Positions 46,048-55,596 of a stretch of DNA of 64,000 nt are shown here, in pieces. The stretch covers positions 481,856 to 545,855 of the forward strand of contig CAVZKO010000007.1 in assembly GCA_963775855.1 (NCBI GenBank), read 5' to 3'. Source of the stretch: an uncultured Chloroflexia bacterium (GTDB taxonomy: Bacteria > Chloroflexota > Limnocylindria > Limnocylindrales > CSP1-4). The notes below the pieces were generated by a model. It did not search any database. It saw only the letters and a program-made list of their open reading frames with translations, and had not been told where the DNA came from. The number at the start of each line of letters is the position of its first letter. Position 1 is the first letter of the stretch. The translations under genes and the position numbers were made by a program.

Positions 46048-46728
46048 TCAGCAGCCCTCGCCGACGACGGCGGCGCTGTCAAGCCATTTGACTTCGCCGG
46101 CGCTCATCGACCAGACCTTCGTGTTCGTCGAGTCGAGGAAGAACACGATTCCCAAACCGTCCGGCACGTGCACCGAGAATGCCTGGTTGGCGCTTACGCC
46201 AGTGATGAGGGTCCCGCGCTCGCCGTAAATGCGCTGCAGCTCGGTCAGGGGCAGTCCGACGCTTGCGCCCGATGGCGTAACGAGCTCATCCGAGGCCGTG
46301 TGAACGTCGATCAGGCGGCCAAGGTAGAAGCTGAGGTGTAGTTGGCCGGCGTAAGGGCCGGTCGCTTGGGCGTTTTGCCACTCATCGTCGCAGTGGAAGC
46401 TGGGCTCGACGTTCGTGACCAGTCCGTGCGACTCCAGCGCGACCAGTCGGGCACCGACAACGTAGGGCCCGATGCCATTGGCGGCGAACACGGTGGCCTG
46501 GTCTACGGCGGGTTCAGTCGGCGAAGGCGTCGCCACGGAACTCGGAGTCGGGCTTGCCGACGGGACTGGCGCAGCGAGTGGCGCTGTCGATTCGGGCGGG
46601 GTCGGGGAGGCGGCCGCGGTCGGCGAGGAGGTGGTCGGGGCATCTCCGATTGTGCCTGCAGCCTGGCTGCAGGCGGCGACTGCGGAAGCGAGAGCGACGA
46701 GGGCCAAGAGTCGAATAGAGCGGTTCAT
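46048..46728 (-). CDS. Lipoprotein, function unknown
   Basis: ATG at 46728 is preceded by AGGAG. Signal and lipobox MNRSIRLLALVALASAVAAC, a Pro/Ser/Thr linker, then a globular domain of about 150 aa. Confidence 0.7.
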   Translation of the reverse strand: MNRSIRLLALVALASAVAACSQAAGTIGDAPTTSSPTAAASPTPPESTAPLAAPVPSASPTPSSVATPSPTEPAVDQATVFAANGIGPYVVGARLVALESHGLVTNVEPSFHCDDEWQNAQATGPYAGQLHLSFYLGRLIDVHTASDELVTPSGASVGLPLTELQRIYGERGTLITGVSANQAFSVHVPDGLGIVFFLDSTNTKVWSMSAGEVKWLDSAAVVGEGC

Positions 46729-46860
46729 CGGTGGGCTCCTGTGCGGGTGAGCATCGGAATTCGAGACTGGTCGTCGTCGGTCGCCTTAACGTCGCCGCCG
46801 CGTAACGATCCGGTCACGAGCCCCATGTAACGAGCCCGGTCTGGCCGGCATCTTTAGAGC

Positions 46861-47400
46861 ATGATCGAAAGCGTGATCGTGGAGCCCAACACCCAGCGGT
46901 CGATCGTCGAACGTGCCATCGCCGGCGATGAGGTCGCGTTCGCCCACATCGTCGCTGCGCACCACGACGACATGGCACGCATCGCCTATTTCGTGTGCGG
47001 CGACCTCGACATCGCCGAAGAGGCGGAGCAGTCGGCTTGGGCCGTCGCGTACCGTCGGCTGAAAGAGCTGCGGGACCCCGAACGCCTGCGCCCATGGCTG
47101 ATGGCGGTTGCCGCAAACGAGGCGCGCCAGATCGCCCGGAGCCGGCGCCGGCGCACGGTTCGGGAGCTAGCGGTCACCGACCCGGCACGGCCGCGCGACA
47201 TCGATCACGCCGCGATGATCGACCTTGCTGACGCACTTGGTCGGCTCGACCCGAAGGACCGGGCGATCGTCGGCATGCGCTTCGTCGGCGGGTTCGAATC
47301 GGCGGAGATCGGTCAGGCGATGGGGATGACCGCTTCGGGCGTGCGAGTGCGGCTCCATCGCCTCCTCGAACGATTGCGAAAGGACCTCGGCGATGACTGA
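46861..47400 (+). CDS. ECF-type sigma-70 family RNA polymerase sigma factor
   Basis: ATG 46861. A region 2-like segment (FAHIVAAHHDDMARIAYFVCGDLDIAEEAEQSAW) and the region 4 HTH (DRAIVGMRFVGGFESAEIGQAMGMTASGVRVRLHRLLERLR). Confidence 0.85.
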   Translation: MIESVIVEPNTQRSIVERAIAGDEVAFAHIVAAHHDDMARIAYFVCGDLDIAEEAEQSAWAVAYRRLKELRDPERLRPWLMAVAANEARQIARSRRRRTVRELAVTDPARPRDIDHAAMIDLADALGRLDPKDRAIVGMRFVGGFESAEIGQAMGMTASGVRVRLHRLLERLRKDLGDD

Positions 47401-48724
47401 TCGGGACATGGAGCCGTTCGAGCGTCGGTTTGCGGACCGCGTCCGCGCGTACACGGATCCCGCGACCGAACGCCGGATCGACGCCCTGCTGGTCTCACGT
47501 AGCGCTATGTCGTCCCAGCATGGACCCGGTTGGTTGCAGAGGCGGTTGGGCGTCGGATTGCCAGGTCGCGGGATCACTGGCGCTCGTTGGGCGGTCGCCT
47601 TCGTGGCCGTCATCCTGATCGGAGTGGTCGGCGTCGCCGTCCTGGGCCGTCCGTCTGAGTCCGACATCGGCCCGCAGCCGACGCTGAGGCCCGCCCCATC
47701 GGCGACCGGGCCGGTCCCCGAGGTCCTTCGTCACTCGTGGCAGCGGCCGTATGCCGTCACGCCCGATCTGGACCAGTGGCCATCGGGGTTCCTCAGCCTC
47801 GCGAGTGACCTGATGGACTTCGGGCCCGCGCCCGGCGACCCGGCGTCCAAATCCACGGTCGCAGCCGCCGAACCGGACGTGCTCGTGGCCACAGCCACCG
47901 ACGAAACACAGGGATGCGCTCGCGGAGACGTCGGGGCCTACCGGTGGTCGCTGGAGGGGCAGGACACGATCATGACCTTGACGGCGATCAGCGCGGATGC
48001 CTGCGCGGCGCGGCAAGAAGCGCTGGCTGGGCCATGGGTGCGATCCGACCTCCCTCCCCCCGGAGATGGCGTCGCCTTGCCGCCTGGGACGTACGAGACT
48101 AATGCCTTCGACCCGTTTGGCGAGCCCGAGTTGTCACGTCGGCTGTCGTACACGGTCCCCGCGGGGTGGAAGGTCAAGGAAGACGACCCGGCGACATTTC
48201 TCTTGCATAAGCTCCCCGACGCTTCCTCGACCCAGCCCTCGACGGACTTGTTCGTCTCGATCTTCGTGCAGCCCCGATTGGCCGCGGACTTCGAGGACGG
48301 GGCAATCTGCGGCCCGGTTGGCGCTGCGCCCAATGCTGGGACCGGGATCGATGACATCGTGGCAGCGATCGTCGCTCGACCCGGCGTCGTATCGACGCCA
48401 TCGACAGCGGTAACCATCGGCGGCTTCGAGGGCCAGATGCTCGATCTCCATCTCGCGCCGGAGTGGACCGGTGGTTGCATGGCGCCGGAAGGGCCGGTCG
48501 TTGGCATGCCGATCCTCGCCCAGGCGGGACTCGAAACGGGCCCGGAGGCCGGCATCGGCCGCGACCATCCGTTGCGACTGATCCTGCTGGACCTCGGCGG
48601 CGAGCGGACGATGGCCATCGTAGTCTTCAGCCCCGAACCGTCCCAGCCGTCCGCCTTCGAAGACCAGGCTGCTGACGCGATGCCGATCATCGAGAGCTTC
48701 GAGTTCCGCACTCCCACGCCATAG
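47393..48724 (+). CDS. Putative anti-sigma factor: single-pass membrane protein with a large extracytoplasmic domain
   Basis: ATG 47393 overlaps the sigma gene by 8 nt. It has a short cytoplasmic N-terminus, the TM helix WAVAFVAVILIGVVGVAVLG, and about 350 aa outside. The role is assigned from position only. Confidence 0.55.
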   Translation: MTDRDMEPFERRFADRVRAYTDPATERRIDALLVSRSAMSSQHGPGWLQRRLGVGLPGRGITGARWAVAFVAVILIGVVGVAVLGRPSESDIGPQPTLRPAPSATGPVPEVLRHSWQRPYAVTPDLDQWPSGFLSLASDLMDFGPAPGDPASKSTVAAAEPDVLVATATDETQGCARGDVGAYRWSLEGQDTIMTLTAISADACAARQEALAGPWVRSDLPPPGDGVALPPGTYETNAFDPFGEPELSRRLSYTVPAGWKVKEDDPATFLLHKLPDASSTQPSTDLFVSIFVQPRLAADFEDGAICGPVGAAPNAGTGIDDIVAAIVARPGVVSTPSTAVTIGGFEGQMLDLHLAPEWTGGCMAPEGPVVGMPILAQAGLETGPEAGIGRDHPLRLILLDLGGERTMAIVVFSPEPSQPSAFEDQAADAMPIIESFEFRTPTP

Positions 48725-48771
48725 GATCTAGGTAGCCGCTGTTCGCACGACCATCGTGAAGCGTGGCGTGG

Positions 48772-49377
48772 TCATGCACTGCCCTTCTCGAGGTGGCGGG
48801 TGAAGTCATCCGGTGTCATCACGCCGTGGTCGAGGACCGCCTCGTAGATCCGATAGCTGGGTCCGCGTTCGGCGGCTGGAAGGTCGAGCCGGGCGTGTTT
48901 GATCCGGAGAATCGCCAGGCGGACCTCGCGAGTGAGCCGAGGCGGGATCGTCCGGATGTGCTCGAGATCGAACTGGGTGTAGCCCTCGAGGAGGAACCAC
49001 AAGTCGAGGGTCCAGCTCACACCGTCCTCGGTGACGTACTCGACCAACCAGTACAACCCATCGGGATAGGCCGGCGACGTGTTCCAGCGGCCCGTTTCGT
49101 TGCGGAAGGAGACACGGCGGACTCGTGGATGGCCGGCCAGCGTTCGTCCCAGGTCGAATATCGGTGGTAGCTCGAGGGACGGGCAGAGCGTCGTCACGTC
49201 GATGTCACGGGCGACCATGAGACCTAGTACCGAGCTGCCGGTCCGGACAGGATCGCCCAGCCGCCTGATGTGCTCGAGCAGATCCAGATCCGTCAGGACA
49301 GCAGCCGCTTCCGCCTGGAGGGCATCCTGTGCGGCCAGCAGCTCGTCGTCGCCGGAATCGGACTCCACGGGGGCCAT
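48772..49377 (-). CDS. Nucleotidyltransferase-fold protein (Pol-beta superfamily)
   Basis: ATG at 49377. GSSVLGLMVARDIDV fits the GS-x(9-10)-DxD minimal nucleotidyltransferase signature, followed by a helical C-domain of about 110 aa. No partner gene is evident. Confidence 0.6.
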   Translation of the reverse strand: MAPVESDSGDDELLAAQDALQAEAAAVLTDLDLLEHIRRLGDPVRTGSSVLGLMVARDIDVTTLCPSLELPPIFDLGRTLAGHPRVRRVSFRNETGRWNTSPAYPDGLYWLVEYVTEDGVSWTLDLWFLLEGYTQFDLEHIRTIPPRLTREVRLAILRIKHARLDLPAAERGPSYRIYEAVLDHGVMTPDDFTRHLEKGSA

Positions 49378-49575
49378 TGTCGCCTACCCTGGGACGCTGA
49401 AAGGGCAGGATGGTGATCGTGCGTTCGGCCATGAGCTCCCGTGGGTCCGACGACAGCACGGTGATCAGCTCGGATGAGGACGTATCATCAGGGCCGCTTT
49501 GCGATTGGAGCGCTGTAGGCCAAACCATTGTGGCAGTGCGCAGGAGTTATCTGTGGTTCCTGAGCACGAATCGGG

Positions 49576-49653
49576 CGGGGTGTAGCGAAGCCTGGTTATC
49601 GCACGTGCTTTGGGAGCACGAGATCGTCGGTTCGAATCCGACCACCCCGACCA
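49576..49653 (+). tRNA. tRNA-Pro (anticodon TGG), CCA encoded
   Basis: Hand-folded cloverleaf:
- acceptor CGGGGTG/CACCCCG
- D stem GCGA/TCGC
- anticodon stem CGTGC/GCACG with loop TTTGGGA
- T arm GTCGG-TTCGAAT-CCGAC
- discriminator A plus CCA. Confidence 0.95.
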
Positions 49654-49880
49654 CTTTGACGGAGGCGGACGACAGGCCGTTTCGCCGAGTCTCCTGCAAG
49701 GTCGCTGTCGCGGCGTCTCGCCGTCAGGGTAGTGCGTCGGTGCCCCGAGATCCGCGTAGACAAGTCGGCTCGGCCAGCGTATCAATTGCGCAGGCGCGGA
49801 CGTGCTGAGGGCGTATGGCTAACGGTGGCCAGCCGGGGGACGCATCGACCCGCAGCGAGCCCGTGCGGCAGGAGGTTCCC

Positions 49881-50378
49881 GTGCGCCGTCTCGTTACGTC
49901 GATAACTGTCGGTCTCACTCTGGTCGCGATGATGGCGGGCCCCGCGCTTGCCGCCAAGCCAGTGGTGACGCCGCTCGAGTTGCCGCCTCAGCTCGAGTTG
50001 CCCGCCGGATCGGCCTGCCCGTTCGACGTGACCGTCGACTTCCTGGCCAACAAAGGGAAGACGACGACCTTCTCCGACGCATCGGGCAACCCCGTCCGGT
50101 CCATCGGCACGGGCACCCTCAAGATCCGAGTCACGAACACGACCGATCCCGCCAGGCCGTCAACGACCCTGAACATCTCAGGGCCGGTCCACACGCGCTT
50201 CCACGCCGACGGCTCGAGCACCCTGGTCTTCGGTGGCCGCTCCGTGTCCTTGTTCCCGGCCGGAACCTTCGTCCTCACAGCCGGACGCGCGGTCGTGCAT
50301 CTTGATCCGAGCGGCAACTTCGTCTCGGTCACCAACATCGGCTTCTCGAGCGACATCTGCGCGGCGATCGCAGCGTAG
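49881..50378 (+). CDS. Small secreted protein, function unknown
   Basis: GTG 49881 lies 5 nt after AGGAGG. Signal peptide VRRLVTSITVGLTLVAMMAGPALAA, then a beta-rich mature part of about 140 aa. The track ORF starts earlier (49815), but that start lacks an SD. Confidence 0.65.
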   Translation: MRRLVTSITVGLTLVAMMAGPALAAKPVVTPLELPPQLELPAGSACPFDVTVDFLANKGKTTTFSDASGNPVRSIGTGTLKIRVTNTTDPARPSTTLNISGPVHTRFHADGSSTLVFGGRSVSLFPAGTFVLTAGRAVVHLDPSGNFVSVTNIGFSSDICAAIAA

Positions 50379-50543
50379 GGCAAGTCCTGCCGGGGGCCAG
50401 CCCAAATGCCCGCCTCGGGCAAATAGCCACGAGGCTTAGGCCGGGGTCGCGACCGCGGTCACATCGCCATGGTGGGCGTGGAAGTCGTCGCGCCACCTGG
50501 CGGGCTGAGCACAAACGCCTCCTTGATGGCGTAGCGTGGCGCC

Positions 50544-52144
50544 GTGAGCCCGGAAGTCGAGGATCTGGAAATCGGGGTCCGCCGGAGCGCGAGCGCCCGA
50601 GCCTCTCCCGCGACGAGCGCGGCTCTCGCCGCGCCGGGGCGACGCCCGATTCCCGGCGATGCGCTGCTGCAACCGGTGGCGCTCGGCGCGATCGCGGTCC
50701 TTCTCCTCAACGACCACCTGTTCAAGGCGATCGCGCCGGGACTCGCCACCGGCAAGCTGTCCGACTCGCCGGCCTGGTGTTCTTTCCGCTGCTGCTCGTG
50801 GCGGTCGCAGAGCTGTTGCTTGCGGCGACCGGTCGCTGGAACGGGCCGGATATGAGACTCATCGTGGCGGCGGTCGCCGCGACCGGGATCGCATTCGCCG
50901 CCGTCAAGCTCCTGCCCGGCGCGGAAACGCTGTACGAGCAAGTTCTGGGCGTCGTGCAGTGGCCTGTCCGCCTGTTGGCCGGACTGATCCCCGGCGGCCC
51001 CCCAGCCAGCGGACCAGTCGCCGTCGAGCTGACTCGCGACGCGACGGACCTCGTCGCGCTCGTTGCTCTCTGGATCCCGATGGAGATCGGGGCGCGACGA
51101 GTTCGATCAGGCGCACCCGCCGACGATCGTGTCGCATTGGTCGCGAGCCTCCGTGCCTACGACCTGGTCGTGGCCGGCCTGTCGGTCGCGATGCTCGCCG
51201 GCGCGACCCTCGATGGATGGGCGCACAGCCACCAGCTCCTCGCGCTCGAGTCCGTCATCACCCCGTGGCATGTCGTCGTCTATTTGGCGTTCGTGGCCGT
51301 CGCCATCGTCCTCCTCGGCCCGCCCGTGACGGCGAGGCTCGCCGGCCGGCCCGCAATCGCCGCAATCCCGGTCGGGTACGGGACGTCGGTCGTCGGAGTG
51401 GCGTTCTTCCTCGGGATGGGCGCCGCCGATACCGCATGGCATGTCCTGTTCGGGATCGAGGCGGACGCCGAGGCGCTCCTGAGCCCGACGCATCTCGGCC
51501 TGGGCGTGGGCGCTTGCCTGATCGCGAGCGGGCCGATCCGCGCGGCGTGGTCGAGGAACGACGAGGCGACGTGGCCCTCATTTCTGCCGGCGATCCTGTC
51601 GGCGGTCGCGATCACCGGCCTCGTGGCATTCGCGCTCCATATCGCGAATCCGTTCGTCGACCCGTGGCCGCGATTCAGCTACGAGCTCGACGACCCGACG
51701 TGGTACGGGCCGCACATCGGCGTCGCGTCGGCGGTCGTCACGACTGGAATCGTCGTCGTCCCGATGCTCATGCTCGTCGCCCGCTGGCGGAGGCTGCCGG
51801 CGGGCTGGCTGACACTCCTCTTCGGCGCGTCGCTCGCCGGGCTTGCGTTCCTCCACGACGAGGGTCAGCTGGTGGGCGCGCCGATCCTCGGCGGGTTCCT
51901 CGCCGATCTCCTGTTCATCTGGCTGCGGCCGGGCGTGTCCGGGTGGCGGCTCCAGGCCTTCGCGTTCCTCGCCCCGTCCGTGCTCCTTGCCGCCGCGTTT
52001 GCCGTCCTGTGGGCGACCGGGCCTATCGCCTGGTCGGCCCATCTCATCGGCGGAACGATCATGCTGGCGGGCGGCGTCGGCTGGGGGCTCAGCCTGCTGC
52101 TCGGCGCCGGGGCCGGCCATCGGTCGAGCGCGACCGGGCAATAG
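50544..52144 (+). CDS. Polytopic membrane protein (N-terminus DUF2809-like); one-base frame break near 50766-50769
   Basis: GTG 50544. LLQPVALGAIAVLLLNDHLFKAIAPGLATGKLSD is in one frame and LAGLVFFPLLLVAVAELLL..., plus more than 12 further TM helices, is in the next frame, running to TAG 52142-52144. Adding one T (GAC TCG CC to GAC TTC GCC) would give the continuous ...GKLSDFAGLVFFPLLL. Confidence 0.65.
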
Positions 52145-52173
52145 CGCCAGCGTCACTGAAAGGAGTCCATTGC

Positions 52174-53094
52174 GTGTCTCGCCCGCTGAAAGTCGGTGTC
52201 CAGCTCCCCGAGGTTGAGCGCGAGGTGCGCTGGAGCGAGATCCTCGACATGGCGAGAGCGATCGAAGATCTGGGGTACGACTCGTTGTGGCTTGGCGAGC
52301 ACCTCCTCTACCGCTGGCCGGATCGCGAGCCCCGCGGCCCGTGGGAAGCGTGGGCGATGCTCGCCGCGCTGGCTGCGGCCACGACCAGGGTGGAGCTGGG
52401 GCCGCTCGTCGCCTGCACCGCGTTCCACAATCCGGCCATCCTCGCCAAGCGGGCAGACGCGATCGATGAGATCTCCGGCGGCCGGCTCATCCTGGGGCTC
52501 GGTGCGGGCTGGAACGAAACGGAGTTCCGCGCGTTCGGGATCCCGTTCGATCACCGGATCGACCGGTTCGAGGAGGCGTTCACGATCATCCGCAGTCTCC
52601 TGCGCGACGGCGCCGTTGACTTCGAGGGGACGTACTACAGCGCCCGTGACTGCGAGCTGCTGCCGCGAGGCCCGCGTTCGAGCGGTCCGCCAATGATGAT
52701 CGGCTCAAGCGGCCCGCGAATGCTGCGAATCACGATGCCCCACGTCAATTCCTGGAACGCCTGGTACGCCGATACCCAGAATTCGCCGGCCGGGGTCGAG
52801 GCGCTCAGGGCAACGGTTGACGCGGCCTGCATCGCGGTCGGGCGCAATCCAGGAGAGGTGGAACGCACGGTTGCGGTCCACGTCCAGCTGCCCGGTGGAA
52901 CGGGCCGGACGATGGGCGATGCCTCCGTAGCGGACGCCGTCAGGCCGCTGAGCGGCACCGTCGAAGATATGGCCGAGGAGCTCAGGAAGTACGCGCTCGC
53001 CGGCATCGGCCACGTTCAACTCGTCCTCGATCCGATCACCCGGGAATCGATCGAGCGATTCGCACGAGTGCTTCCGCTGCTGGATAATGGGTGA
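52174..53094 (+). CDS. Luciferase-like monooxygenase (LLM) class flavin/F420-dependent oxidoreductase
   Basis: GTG 52174 lies 8 nt after AAAGGAG. Motifs: LKVGVQLPE, AIEDLGYDSLWLGEHL, GGRLILGLGAGWNETEF and GPPMMIGSSGPRML. Upstream of 52174, the 811-aa track ORF is a shadow of the membrane gene. Confidence 0.8.
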   Translation: MSRPLKVGVQLPEVEREVRWSEILDMARAIEDLGYDSLWLGEHLLYRWPDREPRGPWEAWAMLAALAAATTRVELGPLVACTAFHNPAILAKRADAIDEISGGRLILGLGAGWNETEFRAFGIPFDHRIDRFEEAFTIIRSLLRDGAVDFEGTYYSARDCELLPRGPRSSGPPMMIGSSGPRMLRITMPHVNSWNAWYADTQNSPAGVEALRATVDAACIAVGRNPGEVERTVAVHVQLPGGTGRTMGDASVADAVRPLSGTVEDMAEELRKYALAGIGHVQLVLDPITRESIERFARVLPLLDNG

Positions 53095-53178
53095 AGGGTT
53101 CCCACGCTTGGATGGGCCCGCCGGTACCTTTGTCAGGGGGGCGCTCAGTGCGAAGCGCGTGCTAGCATCCGGCCGATC

Positions 53179-53778
53179 ATGCGACTTTCGAATCACGCTG
53201 CCCGGCTCGGGGCCGGCGCGGTGATCGCGACGCTGCTCGTGACCGCCTGCGGCAGCACGCCTCCCTCGGTGGCTCCGCCAACGGCCCGTCCGACGCCTGT
53301 CATCACGCCCGATCCGCACCTGACCGAGCCCGCGACCGCCGACCAGATCTTCGTGGCCATCAGGGTTGGCGACCTGCCCCTAAACGTCAACAACGCGACG
53401 TCAGGCGACCCGACCTCGCCGATCGTCAAGCGAATCAACGCCGCCATCGGCAACTGGCCGCTGATCATCACCGAGTTCCGCTCCGGCGCCGCACTTCGCC
53501 AGGCGACGAAATGGGACCCGACGAAGCTGCCGACGCAGGGCAATGCGCCGTACACGTTCGTCGGCCTCAACATTCTCATCGAGTTCGGCCCGGTCACAGG
53601 CGTGCTCGCTGCCCCCGATACCGACCGTCAGAAGCAGGCCAAGGCGCTCGTCGACCTCGTCGATCCACTTCTCTGGCCGATGGAACAGCGCTCTATCATT
53701 CGGCTCGAGACCAAGACCAGATCGCCGGCCGCAGGCGCCTCCGGCTCGCCGGCTGTGTCCGCCGGCTCGGTGCCGTGA
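53179..53778 (+). CDS. Lipoprotein, function unknown
   Basis: ATG 53179. Signal and lipobox GAGAVIATLLVTAC, a Pro-rich linker, then a domain of about 130 aa. Confidence 0.65.
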   Translation: MRLSNHAARLGAGAVIATLLVTACGSTPPSVAPPTARPTPVITPDPHLTEPATADQIFVAIRVGDLPLNVNNATSGDPTSPIVKRINAAIGNWPLIITEFRSGAALRQATKWDPTKLPTQGNAPYTFVGLNILIEFGPVTGVLAAPDTDRQKQAKALVDLVDPLLWPMEQRSIIRLETKTRSPAAGASGSPAVSAGSVP

Positions 53779-54263
53779 CCGCCACCCGGCCGCGGGTCTC
53801 AGGCCGGGCCGGCGACGAGGTCAGCGATCTCGACAAGCGGATCATCGAGCACCTCCAGCAGGACGGCCGCCGGCCGTTCACCCAGATCGCCGCCGAGCTG
53901 GGTGTCTCGGAGGCCGCCGTTCGCGCTCGAACGAACCGCCTCGTCGACCGCGGGATCCTCCAGGTCGTCGGCGTCACGGACCCGCTGAAGCTCGGCTTCC
54001 AGCAGATGGCGATGATCGGAATCCGCTGCGAGGCGGACCGCCTCATGTCGGTCGCCGCGAGGGTCGCGGAGTTCGCCGAGGTCGATTACGTGGTCATCAC
54101 CGCCGGGACCTACGACATCCTGATCGAGACGGTGTGCGAGGACAACGAGGGCCTGCTCCAATTCTTAGCGGAGCGTCTGCGCACCATTGATGGTGTTCGG
54201 GACACCGAAACGTTCGTCTACCTGCGTATGGTGAAGCAGTCCTACCAGTGGGGCACCCGCTAG
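53775..54263 (+). CDS. Lrp/AsnC-family transcriptional regulator
   Basis: GTG 53775 overlaps the upstream TGA. HTH LDKRIIEHLQQDGRRPFTQIAAELGVSEAAVRARTNRLVDRGIL, then the RAM/ACT-like domain (MIGIRCE...YVVITAGTYDILIETVCEDNEGLLQFL...G..DTETFVYL). Confidence 0.85.
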   Translation: MTATRPRVSGRAGDEVSDLDKRIIEHLQQDGRRPFTQIAAELGVSEAAVRARTNRLVDRGILQVVGVTDPLKLGFQQMAMIGIRCEADRLMSVAARVAEFAEVDYVVITAGTYDILIETVCEDNEGLLQFLAERLRTIDGVRDTETFVYLRMVKQSYQWGTR

Positions 54264-54285
54264 GAGATCAGCGGGACGGAATAAG

Positions 54286-55587
54286 ATGGGGGGACGGGGC
54301 GCCGCCGTCGTCCCCGCTCGTGGAGAGGTCGACCCGGTGCCACTCGAGCCAGTCCTGACGCTGCTCTTCGTGGCGGTTCTCGCCAACCTCGTCGTCATGG
54401 GCGCCGTCCTGCTCCCCCCGCTGATCGGCCGAAAGAGCCTGCTGTCATTCGGCCGCCAGATCGACCAGGGCGACCAGGTTGCCGCCGAGTTCGCCGTCGT
54501 CCACGGGGAGCCGGCCAGCGTCGTCGACCCGGACGGCGTGCCGACGCGGGCCTACGACCGGGTCGTCCGGATCGTCAGCTGGGTCTTCATCCTCGCGACG
54601 TCGACGATCGTGGCCATCACCGGCCTCTGGCCCGATACCCAGCCGGCGATCTTCGCCCTGCTGGCGATCGCCGGGCTGTTCGTTCTCCTCGTCCACGATC
54701 TGCTGCCGCCAAGCTCGCTCGGCAGCGCGAAGTTCATCGTCGAGGGCAGCGTCGCGATCACGTTCGCTACGCTCCTGGTCCTGCTCACCGGCGGCGAGGA
54801 TAGCCCGTTCTTCTTCATCTTCCCGCTGATCGTCGCAGGCGCCGCACTCGTGGTCTCGCCGCGGGTGACGTTCGCCCTCGCAGCGGTCGCGAGCCTCGCC
54901 TACGTCTTCGCCATTACATCGCCGACCTCGACCTCAGCCACGCTGTCGACGGACGCGCTCGCCAAGGTCGGGATCAACCTGACGGCGCTCGTCCTCTTGG
55001 CCTACGTCGCAGGGGTCATCGCCAGCGAGCAGCGACGCGCGCGCGACGCGGCGATCCGGCTCTCCACGATCGATCCCCTGACCGGGCTGTTCAATCGGAC
55101 GTTCTTCTTCGCGGCTGTCGATCGCGAGATCGCCCGGAGCGCACGCTCCAATCGCGGGTTCTGCCTCTTGATGATGGATCTCGACGAACTCAAGACGATC
55201 AATGACCACCACGGTCACTATTTCGGCGACCGGGTCCTCAGCGGCGTCGGCGAGGTCATCCGTTCCGGCGTGAGGAAGATCGATACCGCCGCCCGCTACG
55301 GCGGCGACGAATTCGTCGTCCTCCTGCCCGAGACCGATCCGACAGGCGCGTACGTCCTCGCCGAGAAAGTCCGGATCGGCGTCACCGAGCTTGACATCGA
55401 AGTGTCGGGGAGCGTCCTCCAGGCCTCGATCTCTGTCGGTGTCGTCAGCTATCCCGACGATGGCCGAACGAGCGACGAGCTGTTGATCAGCGCCGACCAG
55501 GCGATGTACGCCTCGAAGCGCGGCGGCCGCAACCGGGTCATGGGTTTCCCCATCGGGGTCAGCGGGTCGACGGACGAGTCGGTGTAG
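54286..55587 (+). CDS. Membrane-bound diguanylate cyclase (GGDEF domain)
   Basis: About six N-terminal TM helices, then DPLTGLFNRTFF, LLMMDLDELKTINDHHGHYFGD, RYGGDEFVVLLP (intact GGDEF) and ADQAMYASKRGGRNRV. ATG 54286; a later GTG start is possible. Confidence 0.85.
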   Translation: MGGRGAAVVPARGEVDPVPLEPVLTLLFVAVLANLVVMGAVLLPPLIGRKSLLSFGRQIDQGDQVAAEFAVVHGEPASVVDPDGVPTRAYDRVVRIVSWVFILATSTIVAITGLWPDTQPAIFALLAIAGLFVLLVHDLLPPSSLGSAKFIVEGSVAITFATLLVLLTGGEDSPFFFIFPLIVAGAALVVSPRVTFALAAVASLAYVFAITSPTSTSATLSTDALAKVGINLTALVLLAYVAGVIASEQRRARDAAIRLSTIDPLTGLFNRTFFFAAVDREIARSARSNRGFCLLMMDLDELKTINDHHGHYFGDRVLSGVGEVIRSGVRKIDTAARYGGDEFVVLLPETDPTGAYVLAEKVRIGVTELDIEVSGSVLQASISVGVVSYPDDGRTSDELLISADQAMYASKRGGRNRVMGFPIGVSGSTDESV

Positions 55588-55596
55588 CATCCGGCC

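Noticed and set aside
50659-52173. N-terminal 500 codons of the 811-aa ORF that ends as the LLM oxidoreductase
   Set aside because: That stretch is Arg-rich nonsense overlapping the polytopic membrane gene in another frame. A GTG with a good AAAGGAG SD at 52174 starts the LLM domain exactly at its conserved N-terminus.
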